Shown in pieces: positions 9,941 through 20,487 of a stretch of DNA of 64,000 bases; the stretch's first letter is position 1; every line of letters starts with the position of its first letter. Source of the stretch: Bacillota bacterium (GTDB lineage: Bacteria; Bacillota; Limnochordia; DTU087); assembly GCA_012735435.1 (NCBI GenBank), contig JAAYHH010000011.1, forward strand, positions 14,141 through 78,140. Direction: 5' to 3'. Both the position numbers and the translations under genes were made by a program. A model generated the notes under the pieces. That model was not told the origin of the DNA and ran no database searches. It saw only the letters and a program-made list of their open reading frames with translations.

Positions 9941-10072
9941 ATTATTCTCCTTATACAGTATCGATTCGATTATGAACTTGAGCTCCTGCTGCTTGCTGCT
10001 CTTGGACCAAGACTATTAACCTGCTGAACCAAGACTCTTCATGGAATCTATTGAAACTGGGCCCTTTGTTTC

Positions 10073-11239
10073 TTAAGAAAAGCGAATGCCGGCATCTTTA
10101 AGCCGCTTCAATGCTGCTTCAATCCTTTCCTTCTCGACACAAAGGGATATGCGGATATACCCCTCGCCATACTCACCATACCCATTTCCTGGTGTGACTA
10201 CAACTCCCGTCTTTTCCAAAAGCTCGGCGGCAAACTGTGTGGAGGTATATCCCTTGGGAACAGGGGCCCATACGTATATGGTACCCTTAGGTTTTTCGAT
10301 CTTCCAGCCTAGTTCCTGCAGACCCTCCACCATGAGATCCCGCCGCTCCCTGTAGACCTCTCTCATAACGTCTACAGAATCCTGGGGTCCACGTAAGGCC
10401 TCTATACCTGCCAGTTGGACAGCAGAAAAAACTCCAGAGTCGATATTGCCCTTAACCCTGGCTAAAGCTTCAATGACTTCTGCATTTCCGGCGGCCCAGC
10501 CCAGCCGCCAGCCGGTCATATTGTAGGTCTTGGAAAGGGAATGGAATTCGATGCCGACTTCCTTGGCACCATCGATCTCAAGAAAACTTAAGGGACGATA
10601 GCCGTCGAAGGCTACTTCGCTGTAAGCGGCATCATGACAGACGATGATATCATACTCCCGAGCGAAGGCAACGACATCTTCGTAAAACTCCCTGGGGGCC
10701 ACTGCTCCAGTGGGATTGTTGGGGTAATTGAGAAACATCAGCTTCGCCTGTTTGGCTATATCGGCGGGAATGGCATCAAGGTCCGGCAGGAATCCGTTCC
10801 GTTCCAAAAGGGGCATCTTATAGCTCCTGCCCCCGGCAAACAAGGTACCGGTGTTGTAAGCGGGATAACCGGGATCGGGAACTAAGTTAATATCCCCGGG
10901 ATCCACATAGCACAGGGAAATATGGGCTAGTCCCTCTTTGGAACCAATTAAGGCCACAATCTCAGAAACCGGGTCAAGTTCTACTCCCCGCCCTTCCCGA
11001 TACCAATCGGCTACCGCCTCCCGAAAAGCAAGCATCCCCTCATAGGTGGGATAGCGGTGGGTCCATGGTTCTTCTACCGCCGACTGCAGTCTCTTGATAA
11101 TGTGGGAAGGAGTTGGCCGATCGGGATCGCCTATTCCAAAGTTGATAATATCAACCCCGGCGGCCTTAGCCTTGGCAATCTTTTTGTCTATCTCAGCGAA
11201 CAAATACGGTGGCAGTTGTTGAATACGTTTAGCAGTTTG
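10073..11239 (-). CDS. dapL: LL-diaminopimelate aminotransferase (DapL-type class I aminotransferase)
   Basis: motifs [34 protein letters not shown]; probable start at [15 protein letters not shown]; the ORF extends to 11329. Confidence 0.75.
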   Translation of the reverse strand, partial: QTAKRIQQLPPYLFAEIDKKIAKAKAAGVDIINFGIGDPDRPTPSHIIKRLQSAVEEPWTHRYPTYEGMLAFREAVADWYREGRGVELDPVSEIVALIGSKEGLAHISLCYVDPGDINLVPDPGYPAYNTGTLFAGGRSYKMPLLERNGFLPDLDAIPADIAKQAKLMFLNYPNNPTGAVAPREFYEDVVAFAREYDIIVCHDAAYSEVAFDGYRPLSFLEIDGAKEVGIEFHSLSKTYNMTGWRLGWAAGNAEVIEALARVKGNIDSGVFSAVQLAGIEALRGPQDSVDVMREVYRERRDLMVEGLQELGWKIEKPKGTIYVWAPVPKGYTSTQFAAELLEKTGVVVTPGNGYGEYGEGYIRISLCVEKERIEAALKRLKDAGIRFS

Positions 11240-11344
11240 CATCGAACCCGCGGCCAAGCCAAACGCCAGCTGTTCCTTCACCTTTAGTGAGGAAGGCAGG
11301 ATCGGCCGCCTCCACGCCTCCTTTATCAATTCAGTTGTATACTT

Positions 11345-11701
11345 TCAGGGCATAGAAAAAGCTCCCATAAGCAGATTCAATACTTGCCGGAAACATCCTG
11401 CAACTACAGGCCCAAATTCACCGCCTTGAGCTCCAGCTGTCCCATCTTCACTAACTGCTTCCAGGCTGCTATCGTGGTAAACATCGGGAGCACAGTCGGG
11501 CGTCTCTTGATCATGGTCGCTGCCGGCTGCAAGGGATCGGGAATCACAGATGGGACAGCAGCCCTCCTCAAGGCTTCGCCGCCTGGCATCCAAAAGGCCG
11601 TAGGCCATCCCTGCCTGAAACCCCTGGGCAAGTCCCAGCCGGCGGCCCGCCGCAAAACCAGCCAGTATACTCACAAGAATGATCAGTACTATCTTAATCA
11701 C
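11345..11701 (-). CDS. small Cys-rich membrane protein
   Basis: 118 aa; N-terminal TM helix, motifs GCCPICDS, PDCAPD, AGCF; start overlaps the upstream gene by 8 nt. Confidence 0.45.
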   Translation of the reverse strand: MIKIVLIILVSILAGFAAGRRLGLAQGFQAGMAYGLLDARRRSLEEGCCPICDSRSLAAGSDHDQETPDCAPDVYHDSSLEAVSEDGTAGAQGGEFGPVVAGCFRQVLNLLMGAFSMP

Positions 11702-12308
11702 CGGTTTGACCTCCCGTTCCTGCTCCCGATTCCTGGATGATTACAACCACCAGGCTGCCCAATAACACCAGCACCAACTTGAGCAGATCTAAATAGGCCG
11801 AGACAGCGACTGCCAACGCGGCTGCTAGGGCAGTTTCGACTACTCCCCACTTAACAGCCCAATTGCCGGCGCCGGTCAGCCGATCCTCCCGCCGATCCCG
11901 CAGATCATCGATGGCCTGTAAAGCAAAAATTGCTGTCCAAGAGGTCAGCATTTCCTGCCAGTCAAAAAAGAGGAAGGCAAGCAGTCCCAAAATTAAAGCC
12001 TCCTGCCATCCTGTCAGACCCAAGCTCAACGGTCGGGTTAAGTCCCCTCGCATTCCCATGGTATAACTAGCCCAGAAAAGGGTTACAGACCAAACCGGGT
12101 GAGCGGCGGCCCCGAGGCTTAAGGCCGCAAGGGCATAGGGTAAAGCACCTTCTTCAAGTTCAGCGGCCCAAGTCCTCTTGCCTATCATTTGATCGAAGGG
12201 AGCATCTAGATAATCATCCATCAGTTTGACAGCGGTGCCGGTAAAAAAACAGGCCAGGGCCGAGCGGATGAGGGAAAGCATGGGAAGGTCAAAGATGGCG
12301 CCAGACAA
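11694..12308 (-). CDS. integral membrane protein, uncharacterised
   Basis: 204 aa, multiple hydrophobic helices; start overlaps the GTPase gene end by 20 nt. Confidence 0.5.
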   Translation of the reverse strand: MSGAIFDLPMLSLIRSALACFFTGTAVKLMDDYLDAPFDQMIGKRTWAAELEEGALPYALAALSLGAAAHPVWSVTLFWASYTMGMRGDLTRPLSLGLTGWQEALILGLLAFLFFDWQEMLTSWTAIFALQAIDDLRDRREDRLTGAGNWAVKWGVVETALAAALAVAVSAYLDLLKLVLVLLGSLVVVIIQESGAGTGGQTGD

Positions 12309-12897
12309 ATTGTTTCACCTCGGCAAAGCCGGTTTTAAGCAGTGCAGAAATTGGGAGAATTACATGTCCGGGAAACTCCCGGCGAATCTGAACTAAACCG
12401 GCGGCGGCTTCTGGCAGGTCCATTTTGTTGGCGAGAATAGCATATCCTGTCCGCATACCGCCGAATTGAGCAACTTGCCAGTCCACGGGTCCCACAGCCT
12501 CCACTGCGCCCTCCTTACCGACGCTGCTGGCATCAATCAAGTGCAGGATGACGGCAGCTTCCCGAACTTGGGCCAGGGTCTGGGCCATGGCCCGCCTGAC
12601 CATTGATTCTTCGGGAATGCCGTCGGTGAGGCCGCTGGTATCCAGTAGGGCAAAGCGCTTTTTGCCCTTAAGTCCCGGCATCTGAATCTCCAAGCGCTGT
12701 AAACCTAAGGTATGGTGGGGATTTGGACTGGTAAGTTCCTCTACGGCCTCCTTTTGAGTTAAGGTTCGGCGATATGTTTCCCCGTTGGGGGTGGTGAAAT
12801 CTATATCGAGCCGGGAGACCCCGAGGTAGCCGGCAAAGTTGACGGCAAAAAGGGTCTTGCCCACATTAGCTTTGCCGATGATCATGCAAGCTTTCAA
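12289..12897 (-). CDS. small P-loop GTPase (TRAFAC-class G domain only)
   Basis: G1 GKANVGKT, G3 DTSG, G4 NKMD; 202 aa; 2-nt gap from the spoVK stop. Confidence 0.7.
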   Translation of the reverse strand: MKACMIIGKANVGKTLFAVNFAGYLGVSRLDIDFTTPNGETYRRTLTQKEAVEELTSPNPHHTLGLQRLEIQMPGLKGKKRFALLDTSGLTDGIPEESMVRRAMAQTLAQVREAAVILHLIDASSVGKEGAVEAVGPVDWQVAQFGGMRTGYAILANKMDLPEAAAGLVQIRREFPGHVILPISALLKTGFAEVKQFVWRHL

Positions 12898-12899
12898 GC

Positions 12900-13865
12900 T
12901 TACAATCCCTCCCCGAAATCCTCCGCTTCTATATACATCAGGTCTTCCCGGGTCACTTCGCCTGGCTTCTGCACCAACCGGACGGCCTGCCGGCGAATAG
13001 CCAGCTCAATCCAGTTGCGGACGGTGCGGGCATTACCGAAGGTATATGAATCATTACGCAAACCCCTCTGAATCAAAAGGGCCAGCCGCCGGCGCGCTCC
13101 TTCACTCAATCGGTATTGGCGTTTTTCGAGCATCAATTCTGCGATGGCAAGGAGCTCCTGGGCATTGTAATCAGGAAAATCTATATGGATAGGAAACCGA
13201 GACCGCAAACCGGGATTGCTCTGGAGGAAAAAGTTCATTTCCTCGGTGTATCCCGCCAGGATGAGGATGAACTCCTGCTTGTGGTCCTCCATAGCTTTGA
13301 CCAAGGTGTCTATGGCTTCCTTGCCAAAATCCTTTTCGCCGCCCCGGGCAAGGGAGTATGCCTCATCGATAAACAAAATGCCGCCCAGAGCCTTCCTAAT
13401 CTGTTCCCGGGTTTTCTGGGCAGTATGCCCGATATATTCCCCCACTAGGTCTGCCCGTTCCACCTCCACCAGGTGTCCCCTAGGCAGGACTCCCATATGG
13501 CGAAACATGCGGCCTAAAATTCTAGCTACGGTAGTCTTGCCGGTACCGGGATTTCCCCGGAAGATGGTATGGAGAACCAGCGGCTCGGTAACCAGCCGTT
13601 CTTCTGTCCGCCGCTTTTGAATCTGTACAAAGGCTTGAATCTCCCTAACAAGCTGCTTGACCTCTGTTAGGCCGATTAGCCCATCTAATTCAGCCAATAC
13701 ATCCTTTAGCTTCTCCTGGGTTTCCTTAGGCTGGCTGTTTGCAATTTCAACCCGCTCTCCTATAGTTCGAAAAAGGGCAAAGGCTTCGGCCGGCGAAACC
13801 CTGCCCTCCTCCAGCCAGTCCAGGACTTCTTCCACTGTCATCGGGGCTAAATTGCGGTTATGCAT
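12900..13865 (-). CDS. spoVK: stage V sporulation protein K (AAA+ ATPase, SpoVK/CbbX family)
   Basis: Walker A GNPGTGKTTVARILG, Walker B ILFIDEAYSL, SpoVK-type motif KEAIDTLVKAMEDHK..ILAGY. Confidence 0.85.
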   Translation of the reverse strand: MHNRNLAPMTVEEVLDWLEEGRVSPAEAFALFRTIGERVEIANSQPKETQEKLKDVLAELDGLIGLTEVKQLVREIQAFVQIQKRRTEERLVTEPLVLHTIFRGNPGTGKTTVARILGRMFRHMGVLPRGHLVEVERADLVGEYIGHTAQKTREQIRKALGGILFIDEAYSLARGGEKDFGKEAIDTLVKAMEDHKQEFILILAGYTEEMNFFLQSNPGLRSRFPIHIDFPDYNAQELLAIAELMLEKRQYRLSEGARRRLALLIQRGLRNDSYTFGNARTVRNWIELAIRRQAVRLVQKPGEVTREDLMYIEAEDFGEGL

Positions 13866-14011
13866 CCTCCCACCCCACGGATGCTGTGTTTTCGGTGCCT
13901 TATCATATATATGTAAATAGGCTTGTAAATGTGTTGATGATTAGGCATAAAAAAAGAAAAGAGCTCCTTCTGCAGCTCCTTTCTTTACAAAACAAAAGAG
14001 TTACGTGGGCT

Positions 14012-14251
14012 TTACTCTCCATTTGAAGGGGTGGCTAGAGTGAAGGGCTTTTGAGGTGTAATCGTTGAAATAGCGTGCTTATAAATCAAGTCATTTCTTC
14101 CGTCGCTTTCCAGCAGTACAGTAAAATTGTCGAAGGCCCGAATAAGTCCCCGCAGCTGCACTCCATTAATCAGATAGATGATGACTGGAATATGTTCCTT
14201 ACGAATCTGATTGAGATAGAAATCCTGCAATCCAATCGCTGTTTTTGCCAT
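14012..14251 (-). CDS. hfq: RNA chaperone Hfq
   Basis: Sm1/Sm2 motifs [36 protein letters not shown] and YKHAISTI; RBS GAGGAG 6 nt before the ATG at 14251; the ORF-track start 14335 is an upstream extension. Confidence 0.95.
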   Translation of the reverse strand: MAKTAIGLQDFYLNQIRKEHIPVIIYLINGVQLRGLIRAFDNFTVLLESDGRNDLIYKHAISTITPQKPFTLATPSNGE

Positions 14252-14313
14252 ACATGCTCCTCCTAATGCTGCCCGACTGCCGTTGATACACCCCCATGCA
14301 TTCGTATTTCCTT

Positions 14314-15249
14314 TCATATGTGAAAATTCCTCCAATAAATGGACACAATCTTGTGTACTGCGTCACGAATATTTAATCGGTCGAGGTCCAGCCATACGAT
14401 TTCCTTGTCCCGCCGGAACCAGGTTAGCTGGCGCTTGGCGTAGCGGCGGGTATCCCGCTTAAGGAGGCGAACAGCCTCCTCCAAATCATACTCTCCCCGC
14501 AGGTAGCCCACCAACTCCTTGTAGCCTAGGGCCTGCATGGCTGTGGAATCATCACTTAGGCCCTGCTGTAAAAGGCCCCTTACCTCATCCAACAGTCCAG
14601 CCTCCATCATGAGATCGACCCTGGCGTTGATGCGCTCATAGAGCCTGGCCCGATTGCGAATGAGTCCAAACTTCACCGATCTATGCCTGGGTCCCCGCTC
14701 CCTTTGCATCTTAAGGTGCTGGGAAAGGGCCTGACCTGTGGAATAGAATACTTCCAGGGCCCTGATAATCCGGCGGCGGTCATTGGGATGAAGCCTCCGG
14801 GCTGTTTCTGGATCCACCTGGGCTAGCTGCGCATGGAGCGCTTTGTTGCCCTTAATATCCGCCATCTCCTCCAACCTAGCCCGGAGCTCCGGATCCTTTC
14901 CTTCGGGGCTAAACACAAATCCCTGCAAGACAGCTTGAATGTAAAGCCCAGTACCCCCAGTCAAGATGGGAGTCTTGTCCCTTTTGGCCAGGTCTGCAAG
15001 AACTTCCTCCACCATGGCCTGGTAATCAGCGACGCTGAACTCATCTTGAGGATCAACTACGTCCAACAGGTGGTGGGGGATCCCCTGGCGTTCCTCTTCT
15101 GTGGGCTTGGCCGTGCCGATATCCAAGCCTCGATAAACCTGCATTGAATCGGCGGAGATAATCTCTCCATCTACCTCTTTTGCTACCTCAATGGCCAGCT
15201 CCGTCTTGCCTACTGCTGTAGGTCCTACAATTACCAATATGGGGCGCAT
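14314..15249 (-). CDS. miaA: tRNA dimethylallyltransferase MiaA
   Basis: P-loop [26 protein letters not shown]; start at MRPILVIVG. Confidence 0.95.
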   Translation of the reverse strand: MRPILVIVGPTAVGKTELAIEVAKEVDGEIISADSMQVYRGLDIGTAKPTEEERQGIPHHLLDVVDPQDEFSVADYQAMVEEVLADLAKRDKTPILTGGTGLYIQAVLQGFVFSPEGKDPELRARLEEMADIKGNKALHAQLAQVDPETARRLHPNDRRRIIRALEVFYSTGQALSQHLKMQRERGPRHRSVKFGLIRNRARLYERINARVDLMMEAGLLDEVRGLLQQGLSDDSTAMQALGYKELVGYLRGEYDLEEAVRLLKRDTRRYAKRQLTWFRRDKEIVWLDLDRLNIRDAVHKIVSIYWRNFHI

Positions 15250-15277
15250 GCCCTTCACTCCCACTGTCGTAATTGAT

Positions 15278-17116
15278 TTAGCGCCTGCCGAACCGCCGAT
15301 GAATATCATCTAGTGCCAGCCGCACTATCACAGGCCTGCCGTGGGGGCAAGTAAAGGGGTTCTTGGTATTTAAGAGGCTGTCGATCAGGTCTTGCATCGA
15401 TGTCGGTGATAGTTTTTCACCGGCCTTGACAGCTCCTTTGCAGGCCATGAGAATTAAGGCATTCTCCCGATAATCATTAGTCTCTCCCTTAGTGATAACT
15501 CCCAACAACAGCTCTTCCAGGTCCTTTGCTCCTATCCCGGAAAGTTGAGCAGGAACCGAACGGACCAGGCAGTCCTTTGAGCCGAACTCCTCAACCTCAA
15601 AGCCCAGCTCCTCTAGCCTAGACGACCATTCCAAGATAGCCGCTGCCGCCGCTGGTCCCAGCTCCAAGTGGATTGGTACAAGGAGGGGCTGGGTCTTAAT
15701 GCGGCTTGTCTCTAGTTCTCCTAGAAAACGTTCATAAAGGATCCGCTCATGGGCTGTGTGCTGATCGATCAGCCATAATTCCTTTTCTGCTTCAACCAAG
15801 ATATATGTTGCCTGAAACTGTCCCAGGATCCGGTGGAATGTGTGCTTAGGAGCAAGGCCAGTGTCGGCATTACCACGATGGGAAGGTGCGGCATCTGGTG
15901 TGGAAACCTTTCGCTTGCTCTCAGTGGTGATGGTGACATCACTAGAGGGCAGCCTGCAGCCAGCTTCGATCCCGGCTGCCTTCTTCGGCCGTACCGGGGG
16001 AATCACCGGGATTGCTCTTCTTTCCAGTGAAGGAGAAGGCGCATCCATGGTCTCCTGCACAAAGCTCGGCTTCCCGGCAGGTTCCGTAGTCTCATCCTGC
16101 CGGGGAAAGGCCCAGGGCTCAAAGGGTGTCGTTGCTTCCAGGGCCTGCTTTACAGCCAGCAGCACCTGCCGGTATACTTCGCTGCTCTCACTTAAGCGGA
16201 TCTCCCGCTTGGTGGGATGTACATTGACATCGACCCTGCTTGGCTCTATGGTCAGTGCCAGCACTCCGATGGGAAAACGGCGCCGGGGAAGCAGGGTTTG
16301 GTAGCCCTTTTCCATGGCACTGGCAAGCAGGGGGCTTTCAACGACCCGCCCGTTGACAAGGAATGTCTGTGCCTGCCTATTGCCCCGGTGAATTTCCGGT
16401 TTGCAAATATATCCGCTGATGGTGAGATAGCCGCTCTCCCGGTAAACAGGAACTAGATGTTTGCCGATGCGGGAGCCGTAAATACTCCACATTACCGCCT
16501 CCATGTTGCCGTCACCCGGCGTAACAAAGATCTCTTCCCCATCAGATACCAATCGAAAGCGGACATTGGGATTAGCTAAGGCCAATCGTCCCACAATATC
16601 AAAGACGTAGCGCCGCTCGCTGGCTGCTTGATTGAGGAATTTATAGCGGGCAGGAGTATTGAAAAAAAGCCTCTGTACAGTAACTGCTGTGCCAATGGGC
16701 GCCCCTACACTCTCCAGACGGATCCTTCTGCCGCCTGAGAAGGCGATCAGTGTTCCCATGGGAGCTTCTTGGGTTCTAGTTACCATCTCCAACTCCGACA
16801 CAGCCGCGATGCTGGGCAGTGCTTCACCCCGAAAGCCCAAGGTGACAATCCTAAAGAGGTCATCGGCTGAGCGGATCTTGCTGGTGGCGTGGCGTTCAAA
16901 GGCCAGGGGTACTTCTTCCGGCGGGATGCCGTGGCCGTTGTCTACGATCCTCAGATACTCCTTACCGCCCTCTCGGATTTCAATATCGATACTGGTGGCT
17001 CCAGCATCCAGGGAGTTTTCCACAATTTCCTTGACAACCGAGGCCGGCCTTTCTACAACTTCGCCGGCGGCGATCTTGTTGGCAGTATTCTCTTCCAAAA
17101 CTATAATTGGAGTCAT
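15278..17116 (-). CDS. mutL: DNA mismatch repair protein MutL
   Basis: GHKL ATPase N-terminus (KIAAGEVVERPASVVKEIVENSLDAGA, DNGHGI); C-terminal dimerisation/endonuclease region. Confidence 0.95.
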   Translation of the reverse strand: MTPIIVLEENTANKIAAGEVVERPASVVKEIVENSLDAGATSIDIEIREGGKEYLRIVDNGHGIPPEEVPLAFERHATSKIRSADDLFRIVTLGFRGEALPSIAAVSELEMVTRTQEAPMGTLIAFSGGRRIRLESVGAPIGTAVTVQRLFFNTPARYKFLNQAASERRYVFDIVGRLALANPNVRFRLVSDGEEIFVTPGDGNMEAVMWSIYGSRIGKHLVPVYRESGYLTISGYICKPEIHRGNRQAQTFLVNGRVVESPLLASAMEKGYQTLLPRRRFPIGVLALTIEPSRVDVNVHPTKREIRLSESSEVYRQVLLAVKQALEATTPFEPWAFPRQDETTEPAGKPSFVQETMDAPSPSLERRAIPVIPPVRPKKAAGIEAGCRLPSSDVTITTESKRKVSTPDAAPSHRGNADTGLAPKHTFHRILGQFQATYILVEAEKELWLIDQHTAHERILYERFLGELETSRIKTQPLLVPIHLELGPAAAAAILEWSSRLEELGFEVEEFGSKDCLVRSVPAQLSGIGAKDLEELLLGVITKGETNDYRENALILMACKGAVKAGEKLSPTSMQDLIDSLLNTKNPFTCPHGRPVIVRLALDDIHRRFGRR

Positions 17117-17119
17117 TCC

Positions 17120-19831
17120 CTATTTCTCCTTACGCAGGCGAGCTTGCCACTCAACAAGTCGATTGAGAGCTTCAAAGGGCGTCATGTGGGTTAGCTCTGC
17201 TGTTTCGATCTCCCTCAGGATCTCAGCTTCCAAGCTGCTTCCCTCCAGCACGTCCTGTGAAGCTGCCAGCTCTTCCTGAAGCTCCAAGTGGGATGAGCGG
17301 TCTGCAGCCCCCTTTGCTGCCATTTCCTTGCTATTATCAGTTCCACGGTCTTCTTGGTCCGCTCCGGTCAAAAAGAACCCATCCAGTCTCAGCTGCTTGT
17401 ACGGCTGTTCAGGCTCCAGATCCTTTAGAACCGACTTTGCCCTTTCCAAAACGCCCTTGGGAAGTCCAGCCAAGCGGGCAACATGAATACCGTAACTTCG
17501 GTCCGCTGCGCCCTCTGCTACCTTGTAGAGGAAGACGACTTCCTTCCCATCCTCCCAGACTTCCATCCTCAGATTCTTGATCCTGGGTCTAGTCAAAGCC
17601 AGTTTTGCCAGCTCGTGGTAATGGGTTGAAAAAATCGTTCTGGCCTTAGTGACATCGTGGATATATTCAGCAATGGCCTGGGCGAGGGCCATGCCGTCAT
17701 AGGTGGAAGTGCCTCTTCCAAGCTCGTCGATGATAATCAAAGAACGGGGTGTGGCTTGACTGAGAGCGATATTCACTTCACTCATTTCCACCATAAAGGT
17801 ACTTTGTCCGGTACCAAGATCATCGGCTGCCCCTACCCTGGTGAAGATCCGGTCAACAAGGCCGATTTGGGCCTTATCAGCCGGTACAAAGGAGCCCATC
17901 TGAGCCATCAAGGTGATCAAGGCCACCATGCGTAAGTAAGTGCTCTTTCCAGCCATATTGGGACCGGTTAGGATTAGCAGCTGGGCTGTTTCATCATCTA
18001 GATAAACATCATTGGGAACAAACTGACCTTGGGGAAGCATTGCTTCCACCACCGGGTGCCGGCCTGCCTTAATATCGATGGACTTATCCTCCCGGATTTC
18101 CGGCCGGCAGTAGCGGCGCCGTACAGCTACCTCTCCAAGGGCCGCCAGGACATCCAACTGGCTGAGGACCCCTGCCAGACGCAAGAGCCGGGAAGCAGCC
18201 CCGTTTACCTGATCACGGATTTCGAGGAAGAGTTCGTACTCAAGCTGAATAGCCCGTTCCTCAGCTCCCAAGATGAGATTTTCCTTCTCCTTCAGCTCCG
18301 GGGTAATATACCGCTCGGAATTGGCCAGAGTCTGCTTTCGCTGGTAATGGTCAGGGACACTGGCTAGATTAGCCTTGGTCACTTCGATGTAATAGCCGAA
18401 CACTTTATTGAAACCGACCTTTAGGCTCTTAATGCCGGTTCTTTCCCGCTCAGCCGCCTCCAAAGCCGCTATCCAATCCTTGCCTTCCCGGGCGGCGGCC
18501 CGCAGCTGATCCAGCTCCTCGCAGTATCCCGGCCGGATGAGGCCGCCATCCCGCACCACGGCTGGAGGCGAATCCACCAAACTCTTCTGTAAAAGCTCAG
18601 CAAGTTCCGGCAGTGGATCTAGACTTTGGGCTAGTTCCTTCAATCTCGGTGCCTTGGCGGCAGCCACTGTTTGGTTTAGATCGGGGATTTTCAAAAGGGA
18701 CCTGCCCAAAGCCACTAGATCTCGGGGATTGGCGCTGCCGTAGGTTATCCGGCCTACTAGTCTCTCCAGATCGTAGATCCCCGACAGCTGCTCCCTCAGT
18801 CTAGTACGCATGGGGGTATCTTTGACCAATTCTTCAACAGCATCCAGCCGCTCTGTAATCTCCTCTTTATCCAGCCTGGGCTGCAGCACCCACTGGCGAA
18901 GCAGCCTGCCCCCCATAGCGGTGACGGTTTCATCCAGGAGCCAAAGTAAAGACCCTTTGTATTCACCATCCCGCAGTGTCTGGGTCAGCTCTAGATTGCG
19001 GCGGGTGGCCGTTTCCATCAGCATGTAGCTTTCCACCGAGTAAACGTTGACGGTAGTAATATGGCTCAGTACCCGCCTCTGGGTATCATTGAGATAAGAC
19101 AGCAGGGCGCCTCCGGCTCGAACAGCAGCGGCAGCATCGTCTAGACCAAAGGAGCTGAGGGATTTGATCCCGAAATGCCGAAGCAGCACTTCACTGGCGT
19201 AGGCATACCGCCAGCCTCGCTCTTCATATGGAGACAGCGTACAGTCGAGGCGTCTAACCGCCTCAGCTTTCCAGCTGGGCTCAGCATCTAAAGAGGGATC
19301 CAAGAGGCATTCTGCCGGAGCCAAACGTTCCAGCTCGTTCCAGAGCTTGTCCTCTGCCCCTGCACCCTGTATTTCTGTCACGGCAAAGTAGCCGGTAGAA
19401 ACATCCACCACCGCTAACCCGTAATATTTCTGATGGCGGCAGACAGCGGTTAAGTAGTTGTTGGCCTTATCATCCAGGAGTTGAGGTTCAATGACGGTTC
19501 CCGGTGTAACTACTCTCACTACTTCCCGTTTCACTACACCTTTGGCCGTCTTAGGGTCTTCTACCTGTTCGCAGATGGCTACCTTGTAGCCGGCCCGCAC
19601 CAGTGCCGCCAAATATCCTTCCACAGCGTGATAAGGCACACCGCACATGGGCAGCTCTTTTCCTTTTCCCATTTCCCGACTGGTTAAGGCAATATCTAAA
19701 ACCCGGGAACCGATCTCTGCATCGGCACCGAACATTTCATAAAAGTCTCCCAGGCGAAAAAGGAGCAGCGCATCTTGATGCTGCTGCTTGATGGAATAGT
19801 ACTGCCTGAGCATCGGTGTGAGATTCTCCAT
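17120..19831 (-). CDS. mutS: DNA mismatch repair protein MutS
   Basis: TPMLRQYYSIKQQHQDALLLFRLGDFYEMF mismatch-binding domain; Walker A GPNMAGKST; start at MENLTP. Confidence 0.95.
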   Translation of the reverse strand: MENLTPMLRQYYSIKQQHQDALLLFRLGDFYEMFGADAEIGSRVLDIALTSREMGKGKELPMCGVPYHAVEGYLAALVRAGYKVAICEQVEDPKTAKGVVKREVVRVVTPGTVIEPQLLDDKANNYLTAVCRHQKYYGLAVVDVSTGYFAVTEIQGAGAEDKLWNELERLAPAECLLDPSLDAEPSWKAEAVRRLDCTLSPYEERGWRYAYASEVLLRHFGIKSLSSFGLDDAAAAVRAGGALLSYLNDTQRRVLSHITTVNVYSVESYMLMETATRRNLELTQTLRDGEYKGSLLWLLDETVTAMGGRLLRQWVLQPRLDKEEITERLDAVEELVKDTPMRTRLREQLSGIYDLERLVGRITYGSANPRDLVALGRSLLKIPDLNQTVAAAKAPRLKELAQSLDPLPELAELLQKSLVDSPPAVVRDGGLIRPGYCEELDQLRAAAREGKDWIAALEAAERERTGIKSLKVGFNKVFGYYIEVTKANLASVPDHYQRKQTLANSERYITPELKEKENLILGAEERAIQLEYELFLEIRDQVNGAASRLLRLAGVLSQLDVLAALGEVAVRRRYCRPEIREDKSIDIKAGRHPVVEAMLPQGQFVPNDVYLDDETAQLLILTGPNMAGKSTYLRMVALITLMAQMGSFVPADKAQIGLVDRIFTRVGAADDLGTGQSTFMVEMSEVNIALSQATPRSLIIIDELGRGTSTYDGMALAQAIAEYIHDVTKARTIFSTHYHELAKLALTRPRIKNLRMEVWEDGKEVVFLYKVAEGAADRSYGIHVARLAGLPKGVLERAKSVLKDLEPEQPYKQLRLDGFFLTGADQEDRGTDNSKEMAAKGAADRSSHLELQEELAASQDVLEGSSLEAEILREIETAELTHMTPFEALNRLVEWQARLRKEK

Positions 19832-20038
19832 TGTTATCGGTCCCCCTCCCAAGATAGTGCTTCTGCAACGGTTCTGACGGCTCCTGCCCCGCTGAGCCGG
19901 CTTGCAGCAAAGAAAAATGCCTTGAGAGTTAATGTCTCAAGGCCGGTTTATCACTGTATGGGCCTTTCGTGGCCTTTAAGATACTGTAATCCTTCGGTGC
20001 TCAAGAGAGGCATCGTCAGCAGTCAGGGCTGCGCCCCT

Positions 20039-20458
20039 TTAGTCGGAAATATCGGGCTCCCGGCCACTATGGATATAGGCAGCCTCCTCGATCCAGTAAG
20101 GGGTCTGTTCGATGATCCCATAAATCTCTTCCTCCTGAGCCCGGTCCAAGGGTTGGGTCAGGTTAGGCAGGGACAGGAACTTAACGGCGTCAATGCTGCA
20201 GAAAACTGCTTCACTGGTAATCTCTGTGACTGCATTGGCAGGTACCGGTACGTGGCGGCCGCTCTTGATGTCATAGACGATCAGGTAGCGGATGGTGTAC
20301 ATCTCAGGCTCTACAAGCTGGCGGACTATGCGCCCGCAGGGGATCTGATCCCGGCTTACAAGCTCCAGCTGCCATATTTCTCGATTGCCTACCTCCAACA
20401 GTGTCCCAGCCGGGACGACGCCTCCAGCTATATCCTTTGCCCCCTGCCGCTTCTCCAT
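20039..20458 (-). CDS. hypothetical protein, possible PRC-barrel domain
   Basis: 139 aa; IRYLIVYD...GRHVPVPANAV is reminiscent of PRC-barrel proteins; position between miaB and mutS. Confidence 0.35.
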   Translation of the reverse strand: MEKRQGAKDIAGGVVPAGTLLEVGNREIWQLELVSRDQIPCGRIVRQLVEPEMYTIRYLIVYDIKSGRHVPVPANAVTEITSEAVFCSIDAVKFLSLPNLTQPLDRAQEEEIYGIIEQTPYWIEEAAYIHSGREPDISD

Positions 20459-20487
20459 AGACTGTGCCTCCCTGCCTCAATACCTTC

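Noticed and set aside
16659-17279. 206-aa plus-strand ORF spanning the mutL/mutS junction
   Set aside because: Antisense and Ser-rich; both sense genes are strongly supported.
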